DNA from: Callorhinchus milii
Lineage: Eukaryota
Direction of reading: 5' to 3'
NCBI RefSeq assembly: GCF_018977255.1
Contig: NW_024704742.1
Coordinates: forward strand, 2,172,001-2,236,000
DNA: 64,000 nt
The notes beneath the pieces are model-generated. The model did not search any database, was not told the DNA's origin, and worked only from the letters and a program-made list of their open reading frames with translations. The translations under genes and the position numbers were made by a program. Shown one piece after another: positions 47,658 to 61,995 of this stretch (position 1 is the first letter of the stretch; every line of letters starts with the position of its first letter).

Positions 47658-49829
47658 TCCAATTGGCTTTTGTTTTGATCGGTGTTAACGTTTTACCCGC
47701 TGGTGCTGTCAAAGATACATTCGTCGACGCATGGTCTCTAAACCCTTTTCCAACCATATACTCTGTCAAACGTACTGTGCTAAACAGAAATTTAAATTTT
47801 AAATGGAGAAATATGGTTATACCAGTGAACTCTCCCACACTAATCGAACCAATTATTAGGTGTTACACTTCACAGTATGGTTGACTTGTTAAATTTGGCT
47901 TCCAACGCAGGAAAATACTATGTTTCCCTCAATCAAATATAGTAATTCTGTGTCCCCCACCTTATGTCATTTTACAGCCTATTCTAACGAGGGGTGAAAG
48001 TGACATCCACTTACACTTAATTCGCACATCGCCAAAAAAAGGGATGTGTGTAGTGCTAAACAGAACTTCACCCAATATTTTTCCAATGTATACCAGTGTC
48101 CGCACATTAGATCTCCTGTATAGTTAATCCGTGCGCTAGACATCGTGATCAGACACAGAAATGCGACCAGTGCAAACTTTATACCTGTTGGGAAGTGGCT
48201 TCATCTTTTTGAATCTCATTGGCACAAAAAGAACAATAATGGATTGTAATTGCATGTTTTCATGTATCACAGCACAGTCTTCTCTCTCGCAATGCTCGGA
48301 AATCTTAATACATTCGCTGAGACGGACTGGGGGCTCGTGTGCAGCTGTGCCAAGTAATTAGTTTAGTCGCCTGAATTAGATCTGCAACGAAAGAAAATCG
48401 TGCGCAGTTCTTGAAATCAGAGCGATGCGGTGGAAAGTTTATTGAAGTAATGTGCAGTGCCGAGGTATTGATTTCACGGTGGGTGGGGGGGAGGGAGGGC
48501 GGGTTTCAGCTGAGCGCGGAGCGAAGGAGAGCACCAAAAATCTAACGCTGAACTGTCCTTGAAGAAATGGGTTCAAAACACTTAGCAAATGGTTTTAATT
48601 TGGGTCAGGGATCAGTCTGGGTAACAGGTAAAACAGGAGGAATCGCTCAAGGGGCTCAGATGTTTCGCCTGATTTAGACTGTGGATGATGAGACGTGGAG
48701 GGGGCAATGGGGTGGCGAGGTGACATGGCTCAAAAAAAAATCCTGTGCCCCGCCAATCTCCCAGTCTGCCCGAGCAAAGCGTTAAGTAAATGTACGTCTA
48801 TCTATCAAACGCGGCAATTACGAACTCAAAACATTGTTAGTCGGAATTGGGTGCATCGTTTCACACGACGCCAACACAACTTATCGTGGGCTGCGGCCTG
48901 CGATTAATCGCACGCCTTCTCGATCATCGTTGCCTTATAAATAACCTCTGAAGATAGAATCGCTTCGGATTCTGGCACTTGTCTTGGTGCTGCCAGCGTT
49001 TCTAGTTCCCGAGGAAAAACTGACAGATATTTCTGCGTGGCAATTTTCAAATAAAGTTCCCGTGAAGCGGATCCACGAGCTTCTTCTCCTGTAACGTACT
49101 ATTTTATAGCAATGAGAGAGAGGAGTGGGGGGGGGGGGGGGGCAGTTTCTTAAGAAAAAAACTGAGGACAGCTGAATTTGTACTGATTTATATATATATT
49201 TCGTAGGAATTGGTATTGTGTTTTATATATCTTTGATTGAAGGGCACATAATGTAAGTAAAAACGGAGAGCAAACAGCAATATCGTCTGTCAAGCTTCAC
49301 ACGCGGATCCTTTAAGGTGCTTCACATTCACTAGTAAACAGGTACAAGGCATCAAGAGTGAACTGTAAAGAAATGTTTCCGTCACTGACATCCCATGTTA
49401 TCCATCTCCTTCAGGCAGCAGGAAGCCTATGTGTAAAGGTTGGCGGTGAAGTGCAGACGTTCTAAGGTAAATGCTGTTGACTTATATTTATTTATTACCT
49501 GCAGCAAGCAATACAGGTACCAGTTTTTAAAGTGGCTACGAAACATAGAAGGTTTTACTACAGCATTATCAGTAACGGCCGATCATTTTCCTTAATGCTG
49601 CTTCAGATCGGCGGGAAGTGTGCAAAATAATGGGTAAATTGAACCCCTGAAAGAGAACGCAGCAGAGTTTTGTCACTATCAGACGGCACAAGATCTGTAA
49701 AAGATCTGATTTTTTTTGGGGGGTGTCGGGGGGGTGGTGGGTGGATGGGTTAGGCGGGTGTCTGACACACGTGGAAACCCATCACCGTGCTTGAGAGTAT
49801 CCAGATCTGATAAGCTCTGGCAAACGTCA

Positions 49830-49898
49830 CAAGTAGCTCAGTTAGTTGAGCACCGGACGTGGCATCGGCAGGTTCTGGGTTGGAATGCAGATGGATCA
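49830..49898 (+). pseudogene. Decayed tRNA-like sequence (tRNA pseudogene or isolated SINE head)
   Basis: A-box-like tagctcagttag and B-box-like ggttggaatgc at tRNA spacing; stems imperfect. Confidence 0.45.
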
Positions 49899-52800
49899 CC
49901 TTGTATTTAGGTCATTAAAATTAGCATCGTATCCGAAAATATATCCTTCCAGGGCAAGAAGCAAGTGCAGTCTTCCTGGAGCTAAACTAGCTTCTAGGGC
50001 ACAAAACTCGGAACGCCAGATAGGTGTATATTAATCTAAGGGACATTTGGAGGTTCACCTCTTAAATTAGACATCTTAAGCAGAATCAGGTCTTCCCCCA
50101 CTATGAGCCAAGTGCAAACAGGTCAGGTGGTCCTGGCTACATAAATGCGGGCAATTAATTTATTAAATGTAGAAGAAGATTAGACAACGTCACAGCTGGC
50201 CTGATTCTGGAGATGTACCTTGTGGATCACTGTCGTCGATGGAGCTCGCACACAGACACACAGACACAGACACACACACAGCTCTGATTTTCCACTGCGT
50301 TCAAACTAAGAACTTTTTTTTCAATAAAAGTAAAGAGAATATTTATTTTGTAAACATCAAACCAATCGACTTGAGCCTTAAAGCTGTGGACAATGTTAAC
50401 AGGACTGGAGTTAAGCATTGTTATTTCACCGATACGTTTCTTCTTTATTCCCTCCGTGACTGGACTATCCTTGCCCAAGTCTTGCTGCAGCTTTCCATCA
50501 GTGCCGTTTTACAAGATTAGTCGAGTGCTGTACGAAGGCTTTCAGTACCAGTTGTAGCCCTCAATTAGCTGTACAAACTTACTGTCCAGCCTTTAGTACC
50601 GGTTAAGCACAAACGTTTGGAAACGTGACGATGCATTGAGTGAATTATTCTTTCATCTGTAGCACCTGGGTTTGAAGCCAATCCAGAATGACTGGATGAA
50701 AGTCACCTCTCTCTCTCTCCTCTCTCTCTCTCTCGAATAGTTTGAAGGGAATGTCCAAAGCGTAACCATTGGCAATCTACATCGATTACAATTTGGTAAA
50801 TCATTATCGAAGAGGCTATGATGATGGCTGTTGCAAATACCTTCCATTTAACCTAACCTCAACACGTTAGATTGGGGCACCGATCGCAACAGTTGGAAAA
50901 CGTTTCATTTTCCAACGCTGACGTCACTCAACTTAGTACAAAAAAAACCTAAAATTCGCCAACAAACGTTGACGATTATAATCAAACACAAGTACTGCCA
51001 TACTCCGAACAAAGTGCCGGTCAGATACAATACAACCCTTTGCAACCTTTAAACCAGGTACACGTGTCATTAGTCCTCGGAGGACACAAATACATTGCCT
51101 TCACCTTAAAATGTAGCATACGCAGGCAAACTGCTCGAGCGGAATACTTGCATAAAAACATTACTACTCTCAAAGCACACGTAATAATGTTGGTATTCTC
51201 AGTCAAAATGTTTCGTGATATTAATATTGTTGTATACTGCAAAGTATATATGATGTATTGTCGTGGAAGCTATACTTTTACAATGTCTACATGTAACATG
51301 CTACAATTTTTTGAGGACACTTCCCAGTGTTTCAGGTTACACTGTTGGAGGTAGCTGTTTATTATGTCAAATAATCCCCCCTCCCCACCAGCCCCACCCT
51401 TCATACCGTAATCCAGAATAATGTCTGGAAGTATAGCAGTTTCCTTCGATTATTGCTAGGTCACTGTTTGGTTTATTCAGCAATCAACCTCGATTCTGCA
51501 TTAAGTAAGGTGTACGCAGTACCTAAAGGCTACCATTTACCTTGACATCCGTATATAAATGTATGCGTTGCCTTTGACTAGTGATACCAACTAGGAACTG
51601 GGCAGATTTAAACCTGCTCCATTGAAGGGAGAGGGTGCGTGCGATGTTTAAAGCTTTAAAGCTGGAAGCTTTCTGAAATAGTTTATTGATGCCATTACAG
51701 TTTCAATGGGAGTTTAATCGTTCGGTTGAAATGAAACAAAGATATCGTGATTCTTTCTATCCACTGAAAAGAGGGACTTTGACTTTACCGCATGTATCTC
51801 AGAAAGCTTATTGGAAACCAAATAAAATAAAGTACCCGTCATTGAAATGCGAATAAGAAACAACGCACTTATAAGGCTTCCACCTTTTTGTTGCTACCTG
51901 TTTAAATTGCAGGGAATTCGGAGTGGGGAGGATAAATCCTTCTCTGTCTTTATCAGCGAGTAATAATACGCTAACTAACGTACCTTAAAACAGAAAAAAT
52001 CTGGATTTATTTTTTAACTTAAAGCTGCTGCATTTCAGTTTGAAAAACGAATTAGTATTAGCGGAAAGGCTAATGTCGAGTGTTGCTTTGCCTCGGAAGT
52101 GAGGATGGGATAACATTACCAATTACCCAACTTTAAAACAAGCCGTCCCACCCACACAGCATATATAGGGCTCAGTTTCAAATCTCTAAATTGCTAATCT
52201 CACCTTCTTGGCAGAGAACAGGGTGCAGTCTGTGCATTTTTAATGATAAAGTATTGAGACTTGAAGTAAACTCGGTCGTTGTTTAAATGAATTGTGCGAG
52301 CAGATCGCGGACCGACATTGTCAGTCTGAAACAAAAATCCCAACAAACGAACCATCACGAGAAGCATTTCTTTCTTGTAAGTAGTGAGTATAATCATGCG
52401 GGGGTTTCTCTTCACTTTATGCAATATAATTACATTAAACAATGGAATGATGTCCAGTCTAGGGCTACAGGCTTGATTGGCCCGAATGGCCTCGCTTTTG
52501 CACTGTAGATGTCTAGGGTATGGCAAACATGTACGTGTAAAATAAATTAAAAAAACATACAGTGAATTCCTCTCCATTATCGTTTTTTAAAACAAAAATC
52601 ATTTACCATCACTCCCGGAGCATCGGAGGTTGCTGTGGGCTGACAAAAATGTGGCACGTGATGATTTTCACCAGTGTGGTCAATTGCATCGTTGCACACA
52701 GCGGTTGAACCAGAACACTCTCTGGCGGTGTGAAATCCGTCGGCCAGCGTTTGGGCCAAAACCTTTTTGTGGGCGGTAACAGCATTTTCACAGCATTTTG

Positions 52801-54499
52801 AGAGGAGCTTCCTGGATGCCGGCCTGACCAAACCAAAGTGACGACAACAACGACAACAACAACAACTTGTATTTATTCACACAGGGTAGCATCCCGGAGT
52901 GCTTAAATTCTCATGATTATCATGTGGCGCGTCACATTTCTCCCTCTTATGCTCTTACAGGCACCTCTGAAATATGTACCTGGGCTTTCATTCCTGAATT
53001 ATTTTGCCTCACTTTAAGTGGTGTTGAGTTCTGAGTAATGGTAGATGGCATGTTTTCCATTGCCCTGTATTTTGTTGTGCTGAATGCTTAGAGGTAATGA
53101 GAATGCTATTTTAAATCAGCAACAGGAACAGTAAATTATGAGCCTCTTTGATGTCAAATACAACCACAAACAGATTGTCCTATTTAAATTCTGGAGACTG
53201 CTTTTTAAAATGAATGTTTTATTCTTTGTTCGGGCGAAAAAAAAAAAAAAACTGCATTCAATAAAATTCTATACAGTGTACTGTCTCTGTGGTATATTAA
53301 ATTGCTGTTGATTTGTTATTCCTGAGTCATAAACCTATCTCGAATCTTCACCGAATAAAAAAAAGCAAGGCTGCTTTTCAAAGCGTACGCAGCCCACAAT
53401 TTTGTTGCAAATCAGACGAGCTGAGTTTTGCCGTCAGAGACGTGTTTCGAATACGTAAGGCTTTTAAGGTGCTGAAGGGGACCTGTGAAAATGTCAGAAC
53501 TTCATTGCTTCGCAGTGCTGTGGAGTTGTGGCTGGTTCTCTTTCCGTTTGTTTATTCTGCCATGAACAAGGCGATATTCTGTTTGCAAGTTTGCAGATGT
53601 TTTTGATGGCTTATTTGTCCTGAGCAGTAAAATATAGCGGCCGCTGACAACAGGAAGATTGCCAAATCACATCCACTCATTTTGGACTGATAGGGACACA
53701 ATGAGCAATGCAAGATCATGGACCCTTTTTTACATCGAAATGCATGAACCTTATCCGCGGATATGTACGGTGCGCGATTAGAAACTATATTAGTTTAGGC
53801 CGCAGCTGAGGCAATGGGATGAGGGATCACAAATGTCATACTGTATTTAACAAATTATTTTCTGTTTAGCATCCGTGGTGTGACACGGTAAGCTCGCAGC
53901 TTCTAAGTTGATTTGCCGCGACACCTGGATCTGAACAACCCACCATTTGTCACTCAATGCTCTCCCCAAAGCCACAACGCGTTTGACGATTAAAAAACGC
54001 TCCCTCAGCTTCCACATGTTATCGGGAATCAGGGTTTCAGAAGTCAGACTTTCCTTTGCCTGACAGTGGGAAGAAAATAATGAAACAAATCAGAAAGACG
54101 GATAGATTACAGAAGGGAGAAGATAGGGGAAAGGATGCAATGGTAAGTAAGGATATTTATAAATACTTTTTATTATTATTCTTAACAAAAATTGTGTTTA
54201 TTTCAGTTACTATTAATATTAATATGACCGGAGCAATTCAATCACATTTGAGCATCTTCAGTGCAGCAAAACAAATCATCAGCTGAAGATTTACGACAAC
54301 AACAGCAACAAATTTTATAATATAGAATCTTTCATGTCAAGATTCTGGACAACCAATGGTTTTGCAGAACCAATCAGCCGACAGAGACAACTTTCTATCG
54401 TGGCTGACAGGAGTTTATGGTTTAAAGCAAATATTTTTGTCTTCCTATGAAGAGGTATTACTGCGTCATATAATAGCTACAATCTTATTCCGTATTATT

Positions 54500-54635
54500 T
54501 TGTTCCGCCCACAAATATACAGTCAATTCACTTTACAGTATATTCTGTGAAGCGCCTTGAGACGTCGAGAAGACGTGGAAAGCGCTATATCAAAATGCAA
54601 GGATTATTATTATTTTTATTATTATTATTATTATA
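54500..54635 (+). mobile_element. SINE 3' end
   Basis: cgcccacaaatatacagtcaattcactttacag...acgtcgagaagacgt...(ATT)n. Confidence 0.88.
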
Positions 54636-55647
54636 GTACCTTTCAAATTGGGAGGAGGTCTCAAAATATAAATTGTGGTGACTACATTTTTTAGGCAAAT
54701 GAGCTCGCCAATGTCCCACAGAAAGCCTTGAAGCGCGTAACCAATTTTATCTGGGGAATTCTTGGCGGGTACTCCGAGAGAAACCGTGATTCGAAGTCCC
54801 AACATAGGGCTTGAATCTACAATCCTTCAAATTATAGGTGAGATGGTTGCAAACTGAACCAAGGCTGACACCTATGATTTGCGGATATTAAAAATTATAC
54901 GCAGTTTTCTGCAGACATTTTCATTTGGTTTCAGTGTTTTGCAGGGCTTCAGGTGAAGTGCCAATAAATAATTTGATTTATTGTGATAAATGAGAGCTGC
55001 AGTGTAGCACTCAGTATTTTACCAGAGACGCTGAAAAGTTGTCCATGAAAATTGCCTTTTAATCATTTTTTTGGATCTCTTTCAAATGAGTTTGAAGGGA
55101 GATATCCGCATACTTCCAAAAATAAATGGAACAGAACCTGTAGCAAATTAGATTTTACAATAAATGTATGAGTTAATAAATCTCTTCCTCTTAACTGCAA
55201 TTGTTAATCACCTGGGTACCAATGTAAGTTTAAATTTTGAGTACTGCCAAGTGCAATGTTGCACATGTCAACGGTACATTCATCAATCGGAGAGACACAG
55301 TCTAAGGAGCAAGTGATGTGGGAACTTCAAATCTTCCCACAAAGTGAGGAGCATCAAATTCTGCGGGAATAGAGCGGGACGTGGCTGTGGACAAACTGGC
55401 TGCATAAAACACCCAGTTATTACACTTGACCGCGAATCCTTCAAGTGCTTTCAGGCACGGTGCGGACAAGTGGAAAAGAGCTATATCCAGCGCAAGGATT
55501 CTTTTTTTTAGAATAAAAAGATCGCTGGGAAACAGGATCGTGCTGGGAAGCGCCGGAAACATGTGTCCCTGTGTGCATTGAACCGGATAACGTGTACACG
55601 AAAGCTTGTGCGTGTACATAAATCTACCAATTGGTTGAACTGATCTT

Positions 55648-55995
55648 GGTGTCAGCCTGGCTCCGTTAGGCCTCTCAATAAGGAGATTGTGGGTGGAAGC
55701 TCCAACTCGAGACTTGGAGCTCATATATTCTGAGTTGACCCTCCGATGAGAAGGTGCTGAATTGTTGGACGAGCTTTTCCTTCGGGTGAAACTTTTAACC
55801 TTTTCAGGTGGACGTTAAAGATCCCACGGCGCTGTTCAAAAAGAGAAGGGAGTTTCTTTCTACTGGGTGTGTGGGGGGGTGTGTGTGGCCAAACAAACCC
55901 CCAAATAAAATTAGCTGTTCACTTAATGGCTGTTTCTGGGCTATCCCTGTGTGCAAATTGGTTGCTGCGTTTCACAAAATATCCACAGTCCACTC
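55648..55995 (+). mobile_element. Old Deu-type SINE
   Basis: Head gtgtcagcctggctccgtt; ttcaggtggacgttaaagatcccacggcgctgttcaaaa. Confidence 0.78.
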
Positions 55996-56617
55996 TCCAT
56001 GGACTTGTTCTACCTTTGTAACCTTCCCGAGTCCTGCAGTCCAGCCCGACCATACTTGCACTCTTCTGACTCTGGATCACAGATTACATTAGGAAATACA
56101 ATGTATTTGTGTACCCTAATAGACTCCCTTACAATAAGGCAACCGTTCCTTTTCCTATCAGCTCTTATGTTCACCAGCCCAGGAGGGATAATAATCATCA
56201 TAATAATAATAATGATAATAATCCTTAAGGTACGGTATTTATGCACCCAGCTATTTTGACTCACCAATTTGGTGAGTCTCTGCTTCCGAAGAAAATTTGC
56301 ACCTCTGTGTTAATTTGTTGTTGCGTAATCGGCTGCTCTGCTCACCTACAAAATACGGTGAATGCTGTGAAGTGCTTTGAGGCAGCTGATGATGTGACGA
56401 GGCATTGTAATAAAAACAAAGACTTATGATAAGAAAGGTAACTGTGAACGCAAAGCAAATACATCATTTGGTCAGGATTTAACTCCTGACTAACTGGAAA
56501 AGTGCTGGGGTACTTCATACTAAAGTATATTGGTGTTAAAAGAGTCACAAATCCTGCAAGAGTTATTGCTAACTACACAGTTGAAAAAAATTATTGTAAC
56601 TATTTGGTATGCTGATG

Positions 56618-56790
56618 TAATAATAATAATAATATAATAATAATAATCATTGCATCTGTTATAGCACCTTATCAAATCATTGAGATGTCTCAAAGCACTT
56701 TACAGAACATACTGTAAAGTGAAATGAGTTTATATTTTGTGGGCGAAACGCGGCAGCCAATTGTGCACAGCAGCGTCCCCCACAAACAGT
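56618..56790 (-). mobile_element. SINE 3' half
   Basis: (AAT)n followed by gtgggcgaaacgcggcagccaattgtgcacagc. Confidence 0.85.
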
Positions 56791-57449
56791 AGATGTGAGA
56801 AGAGTTCACTTAATTGTCGAGAAATGTTAACATCGTTACAGCTATAAGACATCAATAGCTATAAGACATCAATAGCATGAGCTGCCATTCCTTCTTACAG
56901 CCTCAGTCTCGCATCGATGCTTTAGTTATGGTTCATCGTTTGGATGTGACTCAGTGAAGCACGTTTCTCTCAAGTAAACACCTCCAGTCTCAGACTGCAA
57001 GCCCCAGCATCTGACGAGTTAGAGATTAGTGCGTAGCAAATGGTGTTCTGTACTTCTCAATAAGCTATAGAGAAGCGAAGGGTAGATAATGATAATAATA
57101 GATAGAAAAAGGGATGGAACTACTCTGATGGAAATAAGATGATAAGGGCCTGGAGGCATGAATGCGGTACCTTGGGAGGCTACATTTGTTAACGCAAAAA
57201 AAATTCTACAGAAGAGACCAAAACTGCAGAAACACCATTGGGGAAATCATACTGTAAGGCAATGAGAAACTCAAAGGGTCTAGTGTGAATACAATGCCTT
57301 GAAATGCTTAGAAAGGTTACCTGCGCTGGGGGAGTAGGGGTGGGGATGGTAGATAAGTGAAGGGAAGCTAAGTGGGAGCCTTTCTGAGACTGAGTTAGCT
57401 TTAAGGCGGACGAACTGACAATGGAAGATGGAAATCGAGTCATGATCGG

Positions 57450-57540
57450 GTGGTCAAGCAGAGGGAGGCTTGCCACATAGTGCTCTCAATGCCAAGTTAT
57501 GTGGCGTTAGCTGGTTCAACTCCAGCAATTTCCCCCAATG
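57450..57540 (-). repeat. Unclassified dispersed repeat (partner of 14580-14685)
   Basis: Direct inverted similarity to 14580-14685. Confidence 0.75.
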
Positions 57541-57927
57541 TATTGCGCTGAACCCAATCTTTGACTCTTGTCAACCTGTACCTAAACTCTCCAGGATTTA
57601 GGTAAGAGCAGGCAACCCGAGTCCCGAGCAGGGTAATTGGACATTGACTGTTGAATGATGAGCTCGAAAGGCTGAGTTGCCCTTTTCTTGTAGATGCCTT
57701 TCCTCATCTGTAACCTAACACAGTGCAATTAGTCCATGAGTAATATTGCACTTCAGTGCTTTGTGGGGTTATAATAGCCATTGAGAATCCCCCAAACTTA
57801 ACTTTTTAATGGAAAATGGTATGTGCGCTGTTGTCCGACTTGTGATAAAATATAAGTGCAGGAATGGTCCCTTAATGTCTTCAGATAAAACAGATTGCTA
57901 TTTGAAAAGCACTCTGGGCTTCATTTT

Positions 57928-58259
57928 GTGGAGTCCTGTGGCTCAGTGGTTAGAGCACTCACTTTGCAAGCGAGAGACCTGAGTTCAATTCCAGGCAGAG
58001 GGCGAAACCTTTGGCAAGTTTCCTTACTCCACACAGAGCCTAATAATAATCCCTCCAAAACCAAAAACAATAATAAATTGGTCATTTTCAATCTACGACT
58101 GTTTGTGGGACATTGCTGTGCGCAATTGGCTGCCGCGTTCGCCCACAAATATACAGTCAATTCACTTTACAGTGTGGTCTGTGAAGCGCTTTGGGACGTC
58201 CTCCCGACGTGAAAAGCGCTATATCAAATGCAAGGATTATTATTATTATTATTGTTGTT
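57928..58259 (+). mobile_element. Young tRNA-Ala SINE, short form, full length
   Basis: Near-identical to 28147-28480. Confidence 0.95.
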
Positions 58260-58502
58260 CCGCTGGGGAATTATCCAATTAACAGGTAGGGAACGGAGGT
58301 TTCTGAGAGGGGTGAATATTGAATTTCTAATGTCGCACAGTCTTCTCATTAACAATTGCTGTGGAAATGTATGTTGAATGTGATTAATTGATTTAAGGTC
58401 TCTGTTAGAATCTTATTCCATATCTCTGTAGGTTTCTATTTGGAATGCACTAAGTTTTCAACATACTGGATGGAGTATGTTTTGAAGCTACATTCATAAA
58501 AC

Positions 58503-58860
58503 CAATAATAATCCTTGCTTTTGATACCATCAGGAGGTTATCTCAAAGTGTTTCACAGTAAAGTGCAGTGACTGTGTATTTTATAGGTTAAGTTGTCCAC
58601 AGCAATGAACCACAAAGAGCCACAAATTGGAGCAATCCATGTAATTTGGGGCAATTGTTGGCCAGGACACCAGGAGAAACTCCCTTCTCTTTTCAAACAT
58701 TGCCGTGGGATCTTTAACATCCACCTGAACAGGCAGCGAGGACCTCGGGTTAGTGTCGCATCTGAAGCCTGGCACCTCCAGCAACCCAGCACATGCCCAG
58801 CACTACGCTGGAGCGTCAACTTAGATCGGGAGTCCAAAGCCCTGATGTGGGCTGCTCCTT
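58503..58860 (-). mobile_element. Old Deu-type SINE
   Basis: gttggccaggacaccaggagaaactcccttctcttttcaaacattgccgtgggatctttaacatccacctgaacaggcag. Confidence 0.83.
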
Positions 58861-59254
58861 TGGTCAACGTTTTTGTCGGCTGTATGTTTCTGTCTGCTTC
58901 CACGTGGACTGCACAACGTGCGGCGTCTGAAACCATTCGCAGCAGCTTGAAACTACCGAGGTCAGCTTACACACAGTGAAAGCCCTCATATTATTATGCT
59001 TTATGTCACTTGAAATGACAAAGCAGCATTCAAAGGGCTTGTTACTAGTGGCCCCTTCTTCATCACATGTAAGACAGCAAATCTTTGCTGACTGTTTGCT
59101 AGACTGTTGCCATGGGGACGCTTATCGAAATCCTCCTGCAAGTTATTCAAAATGGAACGAGTTGAACTGTAGCCTCTTCAAACGCGTCACTTCTTACCTC
59201 ATGATTTTCGTCATGAACTAAGGCTCGCCAACAGGTCACGTTAGCAAATGGTAA

Positions 59255-59392
59255 GGGCCAGGACACTGGAGTCATCGAAAAAGCAGCTTGATGCAGTAGC
59301 GAGGGTGGGGGGTAGGAAGGTGGGTGTTCTGGAGGGATCAGATCGGATGGACCGACGGACTTTCTTCATCCAGACCAATCCTCTGATCTTGT
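59255..59392 (+). mobile_element. CR1 3' end
   Basis: Homologous to the reverse complement of 41275-41380. Confidence 0.7.
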
Positions 59393-61224
59393 GAATATTT
59401 ATCATATCACATCAGATGGACCAAGATGGCACTCCTGATTCCCCCCCCAACCCACCCCACAGCATTCTCAATGGAAACGTCTACATAACCCAGTCCACGG
59501 CAATGGATTTACCATCTCCTGGATCCCAACTTATCTGTTTGGCAAGAATCCGGTATCTTGTTGACCATCAGCTACATGCCACAGTTCAGCGTTGGAATAC
59601 CATCTTCACAGATACTGTCACTAAAAACACTGCGAGGATACTCAAGCCATACGTTCAATGCGATAAACATCAAAAGTAACTCTAAATGGTCTCTGATGTC
59701 TCATATATGTGTCCGTTCTATTGTGTACTCCAGTCCTGTAGACTTCATATAAACCACGGAAACTGCGTCCATCCCACGAATAAAGCTTATCTTATGTAAC
59801 GTATTGATTCTCTCATTGTATTCTGCGTCGTGTTCCAATACAAACATGTTATCATTTGATTTAGTTGTTAGGGAGACAACAGTTTACATAGCAGGTGGGA
59901 AACAATGACATAGTCAAATTAATCCACTTAATGGCCCGTGAAGGTTCCAGCTGTTATATTACACCGTTATATTTCAGGCCATAAGAGAGACTGTAAACAT
60001 TAATCCCTCTTTTTTACTGCAAGAAATCTAAAGTGTTAACGTAGGTCTTCATAGTTTAGAAAGTTTGACTTTTGAGGGAGATTATATTTAGTCTCATTCA
60101 ATATGAATTCTTTTTTTCGCTATTATAGAAGCCCCATTCACCCCTGCTGTTCCATCCAATTTTCCCACAGGAGGCGTTTGCCTTTTATTGAGCTCTACTT
60201 CAGTTGGCAAATAAAGCGTTCTGAGCTGCAAGCTTCTGTATGACAGTTATCAATGTTCCTCCATGTAGGTCAACCCCTATCGGCACCTGTCAATAGCTCT
60301 TGCCATGACGAGATGGTTTGGGAAATGTTTCTGTGAAGCCACAACAGGTTAAGCTGGAATGAAAAATGACTGTGACTTGATCTCACGCTTATCTGTTCAG
60401 ATGCTACAGCCCATTTTCGTTTCCCATACAAGGCCATTTATTATGTGGGATCTAAATCGCAGGATTCTCAAAATGGATTTGCAAATGGTGAATGTGGGAA
60501 TTGTTCTCAGAACCCAATCTCCTGCCAGGACGTCAAGGCAACGGTCCAGACTTTGAAACTGAGTTTGGCAGAATTCCAGAGCCACAAACCCAGGTACATG
60601 ACGGACTTGCTATTGACGAATCTGTTTGTCAGATGCGCAATTTAGGCATTTGTGATCAATATTGCATCACCAAAAGAAGCAGCCAAATAATCACTTTCTT
60701 GCCAGTCATTAGCAAATTCCATTTCATTTGGGCAAAAAAAAACTAATCCTTGAATAATAGGCAGATTATCTTTTGAACAACGTGAGCCCACTTTGCCAAG
60801 GAATAATTTTAATTTGAAATGCATAATTATTTTGCTGTAGCACCTTATCACATTAACACTTCACAGATCATTGCTATCCAGCGTAGTGACTTTATTTTAC
60901 ATGATAGATATTTTATCACTGCAGCTTTTGTTCCATCAAGGACTTGAGATGAATGACAGGCAACTGGAATAATTCTCTTCCCAACTAACGTGATGGGATA
61001 TTTATTCAACATCCACCTGAACGAGCAGCAAGGATTTTGTTTAATGCTTCATCCAAAGGATGGCACTTCCAACATGCAGTTAGGAAGATGGCAATCTGGG
61101 TACTAGTTTGCAAAAATAGATGGAGCTAAATCAATTCAGTTAATGGTTGATGCCAAAAAATGGAAATCCTGTTGATTGCTCAGGAGATCAAGGTCTGGAC
61201 AGTTGTTAGCTTTGGCTTTGGCTC

Positions 61225-61460
61225 AGATGACAAGTTCAGGGCTGCAAAGGGCAATTTCAAGACAAACACCAGGAATAATTACAAAGGATAATTAACTGTG
61301 GGAACGGGTTTCCTGGCGATTGAGTGCAGGAAACATTTAAGAAACTGCTTGATGTTATAATAGGGGAATTGTAAGGTGGGTGTTCTGCAAGGGAGAGATC
61401 AAATAGGCCAAAGGACCTTCTTTATCCAAACTTCTATTGACATCTCACAAATTCTTCCTT
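61225..61460 (+). mobile_element. CR1 3' fragment, decayed
   Basis: Same family as 19115 and 59255: gtgttctgcaagggagagatcaaataggccaaaggaccttctttatcc. Confidence 0.65.
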
Positions 61461-61711
61461 AGTTATCAAGAAATGGGAGTTAGGAAGCAAAAGGTGGCTT
61501 CAAAACAGCAGGTGCAGAAAACTACTAATTGTAAACCATTCACCCACAGCAGAAGAAATAACTGCAAGCTAACTGCCAGAGTAGCTGCTCATGTCTTCCT
61601 TTCCAAGTACCTTACTGAATGAGAAGAGGAGTGTGTGGTGAGAGTTAGAAAACAAGAGCGGCACCTCTCATTGCTTGCAACATCAGTCCCATCTCCCATC
61701 TGCTTAGAAGG

Positions 61712-61995
61712 ATATTAATGAACCTATGGCACTATTCGTAAAGAGAAGGGAATTTCTCTCAGCGTCGTGGCCAACAATCCCCGAGTTACTTGATCATTCA
61801 CCTCCTGGCTGTTTGTGGGGACGTTGCTGTGAACAAATTTGTAGAGACAAACTAATGTAGAGGACACGCTGGACCTAACAATTTACACATAACACCATAC
61901 CTTTTACAGAAAAACACTGTGAAGTGTTTAGAGATGTTTTGATGTGATGGAGCACCATATTAAATGTGAGGATTATTGGGATTATTAATAATATT
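61712..61995 (+). mobile_element. Old Deu-type SINE 3' half
   Basis: atggcactattcgtaaagagaagggaatttctc...ggctgtttgtggggacgttgctgtg. Confidence 0.72.

Noticed and set aside
56840..56877. 17-bp tandem duplication agctataagacatcaat
   Set aside because: Only two units with no spacer; ordinary slippage rather than an array
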